A stretch of DNA of 56,168 bases, from the IMG/VR virus record IMGVR_UViG_3300044699_000054, positions 64,001-120,168 of that record; one strand, given 5' to 3'. The translations under genes were made by a program, and so were the position numbers. Of this stretch, positions 18,909 to 25,294 are shown one piece after another (the first letter of the stretch is position 1; every line of letters begins with the position of its first letter). The notes beneath the pieces were generated by a model. The model did not search any database, was not told where the DNA came from, and saw only the letters and a program-made list of their open reading frames with translations. This DNA is from a virus. Its lineage: Duplodnaviria; Heunggongvirae; Uroviricota; Caudoviricetes.

Positions 18909-18977
18909 AGTGGTGGGCGACCGGTCTTGAAAACCGGGCCAGGGTTACACCTGAGGGTTCGACTCCTTTATCTTCCG
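18895..18977 (+). tRNA. trnS: tRNA-Ser(TGA)
   Basis: CCGGT-CTTGAAA-ACCGG, long variable arm. Confidence 0.9.
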
Positions 18978-18978
18978 C

Positions 18979-19206
18979 GTGACAACTAAGCACGCACTTG
19001 CGCCATGGACAAAGGAGCAAGTAACAAATCTGAAGCATTTTCAATACAGCGGCTTTCACCCGTTCACTTGTCCTGGAGGTATTACTCTTACAGCCACCGA
19101 GCAAGGCTGGATTTGCGGACATTGCTCCTACTACCAAAACTGGGCACACGAGTTCATGACCAAATACAGAACTCCTCTTGATGTGCCCGAAGACATGCCC
19201 CGTTAG
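18979..19206 (+). CDS. Hypothetical protein (HPFTC...WICxxC)
   Basis: ORF between tRNAs. Confidence 0.6.
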   Translation: MTTKHALAPWTKEQVTNLKHFQYSGFHPFTCPGGITLTATEQGWICGHCSYYQNWAHEFMTKYRTPLDVPEDMPR

Positions 19207-19267
19207 CTGAGTGGTTTAGCTCTAGACTCTTAATCTGGAGAGGAAGGTTCGATTCCTTCACGGGGTA
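19197..19267 (+). tRNA. trnK: tRNA-Lys(CTT)
   Basis: Loop CTCTTAA. Confidence 0.9.
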
Positions 19268-19280
19268 CTTGTAAGACCTT

Positions 19281-19353
19281 GGGTCGTTGGTGAAACGGTT
19301 GATCACTCTGGGCTTTTACCCCTGAATTCCGGGTTCGAATCCCGGGCGGCCTA
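19281..19353 (+). tRNA. trnK: tRNA-Lys(TTT)
   Basis: Loop CTTTTAC. Confidence 0.8.
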
Positions 19354-19479
19354 CATGACAAAATGGCAGTCCTTCTTAGACTCATATGACCACTATCGTA
19401 GACACGTTGCCTTGTCCCCATTACACGCCCTGTACCGGGCGCTGTACTACGAGATCCGGCATCGTGAACCATGGAGTAA

Positions 19480-19551
19480 CCCGCGCTAGCTCAATGGAAG
19501 AGCAGCATCGTCCTAAGGTGAGGGTTCCGAGTTCGAATCTCGGGCGTGGGA
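19480..19551 (+). tRNA. trnR: tRNA-Arg(CCT)
   Basis: Loop GTCCTAA. Confidence 0.8.
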
Positions 19552-19553
19552 CT

Positions 19554-19626
19554 GCCTCTGTAGCTCAACGGAAGAGCCGTGGGTTTCTACCCCACGAGTG
19601 TGCGGGTTCGAATCCTGCCAGGGGCA
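19554..19626 (+). tRNA. trnR: tRNA-Arg(TCT)
   Basis: GTGGG-TTTCTAC-CCCAC. Confidence 0.9.
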
Positions 19627-19648
19627 CGTAATCGTGATACAGTGCTAC

Positions 19649-19722
19649 AGCGCGATAGAGCAGTTCGGTAGCTCGTCAGCCTCATAAGCTGAAGGTCCCT
19701 GGTTCAAATCCAGGTCGCGCCA
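19649..19722 (+). tRNA. trnfM: tRNA-Met(CAT), initiator-like
   Basis: A1xC72 mismatch, fMet-type D-arm AGAGCAGTTCGGTAGCTCG, loop CTCATAA. Confidence 0.85.
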
Positions 19723-19793
19723 CTAGAGATGCTGGGGGATTCTCTCCCTTAGAAGGTTCCTTAAACGATCAGTAGATGGCGCCCAGCAACCTT

Positions 19794-19865
19794 GCCCGTG
19801 TAGCTCAGCGGTAGAGCATCGTCTCGACATGGCGGTGGCCCCAGGTTCGAATCCTGGTGCGGGTA
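19794..19865 (+). tRNA. trnV: tRNA-Val(GAC)
   Basis: Loop TCGACAT (C at position 33). Confidence 0.8.
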
Positions 19866-19978
19866 CGCAGAGGAAACCAGTCCGGCTAGCTACCGGCTAG
19901 GCCCTTCTGAGGAACTGAAACGAGCACCCGGACCCTTCGTGGAGTCCGGGGCATGGTCCGGACCCGGTTCAGTTCTGC

Positions 19979-20050
19979 GGTCCCATCGTCTAGAGGTCAG
20001 GATCTAGCGCTTTCACCGCTAAGAGGAGAGTTCGATTCTCTCTGGGACTA
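19979..20050 (+). tRNA. trnE: tRNA-Glu(TTC)
   Basis: TAGCG-CTTTCAC-CGCTA. Confidence 0.9.
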
Positions 20051-20063
20051 CGCACATCTTCAT

Positions 20064-20135
20064 TCCCTCGTAGCTCAACGGAAGAGCAGACGGCTGTTAA
20101 CCGTAAGGTTGTTGGTTCGAATCCAGCCGGGGGAG
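20064..20135 (+). tRNA. trnN: tRNA-Asn(GTT)
   Basis: Loop CTGTTAA. Confidence 0.9.
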
Positions 20136-20136
20136 C

Positions 20137-20256
20137 ATGAGAAAACAAGACTGGAATCCGGATCGGTCGTTCCTTAGCGGCAGCATCGCTCTGTGGCTGT
20201 TAATCGTTGGACTGCCGTTGGTCGTGCTCATCGTCATATTGATCCTGATGTTTTAA
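20137..20256 (+). CDS. 39-aa single-TM peptide
   Basis: Hand translation MRKQDWNPDRSFLSGSIALWLLIVGLPLVVLIVILILMF*. Confidence 0.5.
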   Translation: MRKQDWNPDRSFLSGSIALWLLIVGLPLVVLIVILILMF

Positions 20257-20257
20257 T

Positions 20258-20332
20258 GCACCAGAGCCCATCCGGTAGGTGGGGTCTGCCTTATAAGCAG
20301 AACGTGGTTGGGTTCAACTCCCACCTGGTGCA
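20258..20332 (+). tRNA. trnI: tRNA-Ile(TAT)
   Basis: TCTGC-CTTATAA-GCAGA. Confidence 0.8.
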
Positions 20333-20391
20333 CGCACCCCGGGGATGTTGGTCCGAGTCCCCTGAAATGTTGGGTGTATCGGACCCCATAA

Positions 20392-20464
20392 GGACATGTG
20401 GCCAAGCGGCAAAGGCCCCGTCTTCACACGGCGGTAATCAGAGGTTCGAGTCCTCTCATGTCCA
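20392..20464 (+). tRNA. trnV: tRNA-Val(CAC)
   Basis: Loop TTCACAC. Confidence 0.85.
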
Positions 20465-20478
20465 CGTATAATGAACAT

Positions 20479-20552
20479 GGTGGCTATGGCGTACCGGCTG
20501 TGCGCGCTGGGTTGTGGTCCCAGAGGTCCGAGTTCGACCCTCGGTAGTCACC
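20479..20552 (+). tRNA. trnH: tRNA-His(GTG)
   Basis: CTGGG-TTGTGGT-CCCAG, G-1:C73. Confidence 0.9.
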
Positions 20553-20556
20553 CCAA

Positions 20557-20639
20557 GGGAGAGTTGGGCAGTTGGTTGGCCCAGTGGACTGTAAATCCGC
20601 CCCGGAAACGGCTTGCAGGTTCGAATCCTGTCTCTCCCA
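20557..20639 (+). tRNA. trnY: tRNA-Tyr(GTA)
   Basis: Loop CTGTAAA, long variable arm. Confidence 0.9.
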
Positions 20640-20652
20640 CGTGGAATATCAA

Positions 20653-20910
20653 ATGTTTCTGAACCAAGGTGAATCTGTTGTTCATGTTCCCCCTGGCCCT
20701 AGGATCATGGTCCGGTCCACGGACCCTCCAGGAACCTTCTGGGTGAACGGAAACCAGGTCCAATTACCTCTTGATGCCGAACCTACTTCCTGGACGCCGA
20801 TCCCGGAGACTGGAGGATGGGAGGCACGCTTAAAGAACGTTAAACACGATCCTGATAAATGGTGGGATCAATGGAACATGGAACTGTGGATTAGGACCCC
20901 GCCCTCGTAG
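20653..20910 (+). CDS. Hypothetical protein
   Basis: ORF between tRNAs. Confidence 0.5.
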   Translation: MFLNQGESVVHVPPGPRIMVRSTDPPGTFWVNGNQVQLPLDAEPTSWTPIPETGGWEARLKNVKHDPDKWWDQWNMELWIRTPPS

Positions 20911-20972
20911 CTCAGCGGAAGAGTACTGGCCTCCGAAGCCAGATGTCGCTGGTTCGAATCCAGTCGAGGGTA
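20901..20972 (+). tRNA. trnR: tRNA-Arg(CCG)
   Basis: CTGGC-CTCCGAA-GCCAG. Confidence 0.9.
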
Positions 20973-20976
20973 CGGT

Positions 20977-21053
20977 GGCCTGCGCTTGTAGCTGGTGCTG
21001 CACCATGTCTGCAAAACATGGAATACAAAGGAGTTCGATTCTCCCGTGGGCTT
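20977..21053 (+). tRNA. trnC: tRNA-Cys(GCA)
   Basis: CATGT-CTGCAAA-ACATG, U73. Confidence 0.8.
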
Positions 21054-21054
21054 C

Positions 21055-21381
21055 GTGGAAGATGATCGATCACCATTAGCTGAAGCGACACACCTTCGAG
21101 AGGTTGCCGAAAAGATAATCAAAAGGGAAGAGCAGCGAGATCCGGAGAACACGACAATAGGACTGGTGCTCAATTCCGTAGTACGAGCCTTGATGATGCA
21201 AGCTGAGGCCGACGCTTTGGAGCGTGGGTACTACCGAGGTCGCGCTATGGCAGCATATGACGTGCGCATGGGTCTTGATGAGATGGATGGGAATGGTTCC
21301 GTTCATTACGACTCTGATACTGCTCCACCACCTGAATGGATCGTACGTAAAGCAGAGAAGCTAGCCCGAGGGTGGTACTAA
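21055..21381 (+). CDS. Hypothetical protein
   Basis: ORF after tRNA-Cys. Confidence 0.55.
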   Translation: MEDDRSPLAEATHLREVAEKIIKREEQRDPENTTIGLVLNSVVRALMMQAEADALERGYYRGRAMAAYDVRMGLDEMDGNGSVHYDSDTAPPPEWIVRKAEKLARGWY

Positions 21382-21402
21382 AGCTGTCCACTGTGGAGAC
21401 AA

Positions 21403-21476
21403 GGCGAGCGGACGCTGGGCTCCAGCTGCCCCTCATAAGGGCGGATTGCCGGGATCGTCACCCGGGCTCGCTACCA
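21403..21476 (+). tRNA. trnM: tRNA-Met(CAT), T-loop ATCGTCA, encoded CCA
   Basis: TGCCC-CTCATAA-GGGCG. Confidence 0.75.
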
Positions 21477-21490
21477 AGGTGCGGCAAGAG

Positions 21491-21520
21491 TTGCTGTACC
21501 CGTACATGGGGGTGTAGGAT
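21491..21520 (+). promoter_or_regulatory. Promoter TTGCTG-18-TAGGAT with CCCGTACATGGGGG in the spacer; leaderless start at 21527
   Basis: Read directly from sequence. Confidence 0.6.
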
Positions 21521-21526
21521 CTCATC

Positions 21527-22264
21527 ATGACTCTGAGACTGAATCAGGTAATCGCCCTGGAGAAGGGTGTCAAGACCACTGCTGAGAGCGGTCTCACGCA
21601 GGCGTATCACCAGCTGGAGAAGGTCCAGCTCTTTCATGGCCAGGAACGGTCCTACCGGCCAAAGGATGATGACGGTGACCAGTACCCAGCGGAGCCAGTA
21701 AAGCTCCAGCTGCGCGTGCCTGATGTCCTGGCCGACACTGCTGAGCAGTTGACCAGACTGTTCGACGTGACGGCTACCAAGGACGCCGGAAACCAGCTTG
21801 CAGCCGCTGACATCGAGGTCGACGGTGTAACGATCGTGTCCGCCGTACCAGTGACTACGTTGCTGGCGCTGGAGAAGAAGCTGGTCGACCTGGCCACCTT
21901 CGTATCCAAGCTGCCGGTTACCGACCAAGCGGAGAACTGGAACTGGGATGCTGACAGCCTGTGCTGGAAGGCCGATACCGCACAGACCATCAAGACCAAG
22001 AAGATTCCGCGCAACCACGTCAAGGCGCCAGCCACCGACAAGCACCCAGCTCAGGTGGAGGTCTTCACCGAGGATGTGCTTATCGGTACTTGGTCTACCA
22101 CCAAGCTCTCGGGTGCCGTGTCCGCAGCGCAGAAGCGTAGCCTGTTGGAGCGAGTCAAGAAGCTCCAGCAAGCTGTGAAGGTTGCTCGGGAAAAGGCCAA
22201 CATGACTGAGGCTGCCGATGTTCACATTGGCGCCCAGATCTTCAACTACCTGCAGTGGACCTAG
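21527..22264 (+). CDS. Conserved uncharacterised helical protein (recalled as DUF7873-like, unverified)
   Basis: LNQVIALEKGVK...RSYRPKDDDGDQYPAE...KDAGNQLAAADIEVDG..VPVTTLLALEK. Confidence 0.7.
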   Translation: MTLRLNQVIALEKGVKTTAESGLTQAYHQLEKVQLFHGQERSYRPKDDDGDQYPAEPVKLQLRVPDVLADTAEQLTRLFDVTATKDAGNQLAAADIEVDGVTIVSAVPVTTLLALEKKLVDLATFVSKLPVTDQAENWNWDADSLCWKADTAQTIKTKKIPRNHVKAPATDKHPAQVEVFTEDVLIGTWSTTKLSGAVSAAQKRSLLERVKKLQQAVKVAREKANMTEAADVHIGAQIFNYLQWT

Positions 22265-22443
22265 GTCTGCTGCAGGTACCAAGACTCCCGTTCTGAGGAA
22301 CGGGTTGGCACAATCTCAATATGAGGCATTGCTCCTGTGCCCGAAATCAGGTGCTCACTTAACTTCAGCATGTGAGAGCCGTTCGCAGCGGCCTCAAGAC
22401 TCTTGCCACAACCTCAGCATTGCCGTAGACCACTGCATCAAAT

Positions 22444-22553
22444 GGTCATGATCACAAAACCAGAAGGCCCGTGTTCAAATCACGGCGGCGCCTCCAACCA
22501 TGGCGCTGTAGCTCAGCGGCAGAGCGTCTGGTCCGAAGATCTTAGACATGACC
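22444..22553 (+). ncRNA. Circularly permuted tRNA-like RNA (YrlA/Y-RNA-like module)
   Basis: T-arm CCGTG-TTCAAAT-CACGG, acceptor CGGCGCC/GGCGCTG closed by a loop, D-arm GCTC-AGCGGCA-GAGC, closing stems CCAGA/TCTGG and GGTCATG/CATGACC. Confidence 0.75.
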
Positions 22554-22624
22554 TTAAACGGCGGTAGTGGTACAGGATGACGGCACCCCGACATTGATTC
22601 GCTTGTGATCGAATCCAAATCGGT

Positions 22625-22666
22625 TGGTCCCCGGCCTCAAGGAGAGGAGGCCGGGGACCTCTTTTT
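22625..22666 (+). terminator. Intrinsic terminator
   Basis: GGTCCCCGGCCTC...GAGGCCGGGGACC followed by TCTTTTT. Confidence 0.75.
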
Positions 22667-22692
22667 ACGGGTATCATGAACTGCATGACGGT

Positions 22693-23041
22693 ATGAAGAG
22701 AACGGATCCTGTCGGTCACCATCCACGACTGCGAGGTCCAACACTTCCGCTCCGGCGGCAAGGGTGGCCAGAACCAGAACAAGCGGGATACCGGGACCAG
22801 GGTCATCCACCACCCGTCAGGCGCCCGAGGCGAATCCCGCGAGGAACGAAGCCAGCTCCAGAACAAGCGAGCGGCCTTCCTTCGAATGATCAACAGTCCG
22901 AAGTTCCAGCTGTGGCTGGCCATCGAGACCGGGCGCCTGGCTGTGATCCAGTCTGAGCTTGATCAAGTCCACGTTCCACCTGAGGAACTGTTGATCGAGA
23001 CTCGCCACGGCGGGCGCTGGGTACCAGCACCGCATCTGTAA
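22693..23041 (+). CDS. Class-1 release-factor-like peptidyl-tRNA hydrolase (GGQ domain); missed by the ORF track because of a frameshift in the first codons
   Basis: Hand translation ..ERILSVTIHDCEVQHFRSGGKGGQNQNKRDTGTRVIHHPSGARGESREERSQLQNKRAAFLRM.. Confidence 0.85.
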
Positions 23042-23060
23042 AAGCCCAGCTCAGCGGCCC

Positions 23061-23089
23061 TTGACAGTGACCTCCTGGCGCGCTATCTT
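23061..23089 (+). promoter_or_regulatory. Promoter TTGACA-17-TATCTT
   Basis: Read directly from sequence. Confidence 0.65.
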
Positions 23090-23130
23090 TGTGTATGTAA
23101 GCAAGACAAAGTTACCTGGAGGAGTTAGCA

Positions 23131-24195
23131 ATGTCCGCGAACGTCGAGCAGATGTTCTCAGTCCGTCAGATGCCGTGGCATGGTGAAGGCATCATCCTGG
23201 ATGACTACCCCGGCTCCTGGGCTGAGGCCCGCAAGTACGCCGGCTTGGAATGGGAGCCCGTCGAGGAGTCCGTTTACCGGATCCTTGGCACCGAACCTCT
23301 CGAAGTCCCCACCTACGAGCTACACAGCATGGATGCCGATGGCACGCCGCTGTACGCGATGATCGGCACTGAGGTCGTACAGGTCAACAAGTACGACTCC
23401 ACTGACAGCTACAAGCACATCGTCCGCTCGGACACTGGGGCCGTTCTCTCGGTCAACGCCAAGGGCTACACACTCATCGATCATGAGTCCATGGGCGAGA
23501 TCGTGGAAGCGGTTCTGGGCGAGGTCAACGTCAAGTGGGAAACCGCTGGCTGCCTCGATGGCGGTAAGTCGGTCTGGGTCCTGGTCATGCTGGACGAACC
23601 GATTGAGCTTCCCGGCGACAACTCGGTGACCTATCCCTACCTGGCAATCACCAACCGGCACGATGGCAAGGGCTCCTGCGCTCTACGGGCGACTGCCGTT
23701 CGTATCGTCTGCGCCAACACATTCCGGGCAGCTGAGCTGGAAGGCGAGCGCACTGGTGCCACCTTCTCGTTCCGTCACTCGTCAAAGTGGCGCGAGCGCA
23801 TCGATGAGGCTCGGGAAGCTGTCAACGGTGCCCGCAAGGAGATGGTCGAATACCGTGCGCTGGCTGAGGAACTGCTCGGCATGCCGATCACCGCTGGCCA
23901 ACGGGAGCTGTTCGTTACCTCGTTCATCCCGATGCCACCGACCGGTCTAGTGACTGACCGGGTCATGGGCAACGTGGAAGAGGCTCGGACCAAGCTACGC
24001 AAGATCTTCGAATCGCCGACCACAGCCGGTATCCAGGACACTGCCTACGGGCTAGTCCAGGCGTCTGGCGAGTACCTGGACCACGTCCGTGCCGCCCGCA
24101 GCTGGGAGACGCGGCTTGGCCGGACCATCATGAAGCCGGAACCGCTCAAGGCCAAGGCTCTGAGCCTGGTGCGCGAGATCGTGTCCGTCGGATGA
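23131..24195 (+). CDS. DUF932 / phage-plasmid TIGR03299-like protein
   Basis: MFSVRQMPWHGEG...AGLEWE...ETAGCLDGGKSVW...NRHDG....T.VRIVCANT. Confidence 0.85.
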   Translation: MSANVEQMFSVRQMPWHGEGIILDDYPGSWAEARKYAGLEWEPVEESVYRILGTEPLEVPTYELHSMDADGTPLYAMIGTEVVQVNKYDSTDSYKHIVRSDTGAVLSVNAKGYTLIDHESMGEIVEAVLGEVNVKWETAGCLDGGKSVWVLVMLDEPIELPGDNSVTYPYLAITNRHDGKGSCALRATAVRIVCANTFRAAELEGERTGATFSFRHSSKWRERIDEAREAVNGARKEMVEYRALAEELLGMPITAGQRELFVTSFIPMPPTGLVTDRVMGNVEEARTKLRKIFESPTTAGIQDTAYGLVQASGEYLDHVRAARSWETRLGRTIMKPEPLKAKALSLVREIVSVG

Positions 24196-24455
24196 ACGTA
24201 AAGATCGTGGTGTGGGCCGGGATCATCGTCCTGGCCCTTTCCACACTATTTCCGCACTACGGGATCACCGCCGCCAATGTTGACGCATACTGCACAGCAA
24301 AGGGCGGCACCTGGGAGCACTTCCGCTCTGGAGCAACGACAGCTTGCATTAAATGGCGACCAGGGCCATCGGCAGGGTGCCCAATCTGTCCAAGTGGTGG
24401 CCGTATCTATGTCTGGTGGGACAAGGAGACCGGGAGGGTCCAGCTGAATGACTGA
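24192..24455 (+). CDS. Small secreted/membrane protein
   Basis: N-terminal hydrophobic segment, Cys pairs. Confidence 0.5.
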   Translation: MNVKIVVWAGIIVLALSTLFPHYGITAANVDAYCTAKGGTWEHFRSGATTACIKWRPGPSAGCPICPSGGRIYVWWDKETGRVQLND

Positions 24456-24699
24456 CAACATCCTGGATGCCGGGGAGATAGCAGCGATCCTGGGATTCTC
24501 ACGCATGACTGTTCACAAATATCTATGGGAATCACACCCAGGAGGCAGATACGGTAGCCATCCGTTCCCTGCTCCTGATGGCCGAATCGGTAGATCCCCC
24601 TATTGGACTCCAGAACGGATAGCCGAGATCAGAGAATGGGCAGCTGGACGAAAGGGTCAAGGCGTGGGTGGAGGCCCAAAGCCAAAAGCCATTCCTTAA
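24448..24699 (+). CDS. AlpA/excisionase-like HTH DNA-binding protein
   Basis: LDAGEIAAILG..RMTVHKY...FPAPDG.IGRSPYW. Confidence 0.75.
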   Translation: MTDNILDAGEIAAILGFSRMTVHKYLWESHPGGRYGSHPFPAPDGRIGRSPYWTPERIAEIREWAAGRKGQGVGGGPKPKAIP

Positions 24700-24706
24700 C
24701 GAAAAG

Positions 24707-24747
24707 GGAGAAACCCCCAGGCGCGCACATGCCTGGGGGTTTCTCTT
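24707..24747. terminator. Bidirectional terminator between convergent units
   Basis: GAGAAACCCCCAGG/CCTGGGGGTTTCTC. Confidence 0.75.
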
Positions 24748-24762
24748 ACCGGGGGGCAGGGG

Positions 24763-25236
24763 TTAGACGTCAGGTGTAACTTCTTCAATTGCGCCGGGAA
24801 CTACTGTGATGCGCTCAGCGTCACCAGCCACAACAACGATCTGGAGATCACCAGAGGCATTAAGGTCGCCAGTGGCTTCAACGTGAACGTTAGCCGTGCC
24901 GAGGGTCCCCGTTGCAGCCGCTGATGCGGTGCCATCACCATTATCCGTAAGTGCAATGATACTGGGATCGTCCACGGTGTAAACCACCGTTTCACCCGCC
25001 GGCAATGGTACCGAGTTACCTACCTCGTCCGTTGCTTCTACGGATAGTGCGACCTTCTTGTCAGCCTGCAAATCCATGATTACATCTACCTTTCGCTGGC
25101 ATGTATGAGTCGGGGCCGGTCCCGCAACTCGCTCTTCTGGAGATGTTTCTAGTGCCGGTCCAATATGCCAGAGCAATCTGCACTTGCGTGGCCGACAACA
25201 GTCACAGTCGACTTTAACTTCGACATGAACCGTCAA
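24763..25236 (-). CDS. Ig-like (Big-type) virion decoration protein
   Basis: Beta-rich VYTVDDPSII.L.DNGDGTASA..TGT.GTANVHV. Confidence 0.55.
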   Translation of the reverse strand: MTVHVEVKVDCDCCRPRKCRLLWHIGPALETSPEERVAGPAPTHTCQRKVDVIMDLQADKKVALSVEATDEVGNSVPLPAGETVVYTVDDPSIIALTDNGDGTASAAATGTLGTANVHVEATGDLNASGDLQIVVVAGDAERITVVPGAIEEVTPDV

Positions 25237-25294
25237 CTTAGTGCCTCCACAATGGGAGCTTCGTGCCTGGAACCTAATAGTACCGAACTACCCA

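Noticed and set aside
16486-22282. Long antisense ORFs 16486-17373 and 21458-22282 (also 29968-30816 and 31394-31822)
   Set aside because: Antisense shadows of well-supported high-GC genes; no RBS or motifs.
22624-22956. 110-aa Pro/Arg-rich ORF in the track
   Set aside because: Wrong frame of the GGQ release-factor-like gene.
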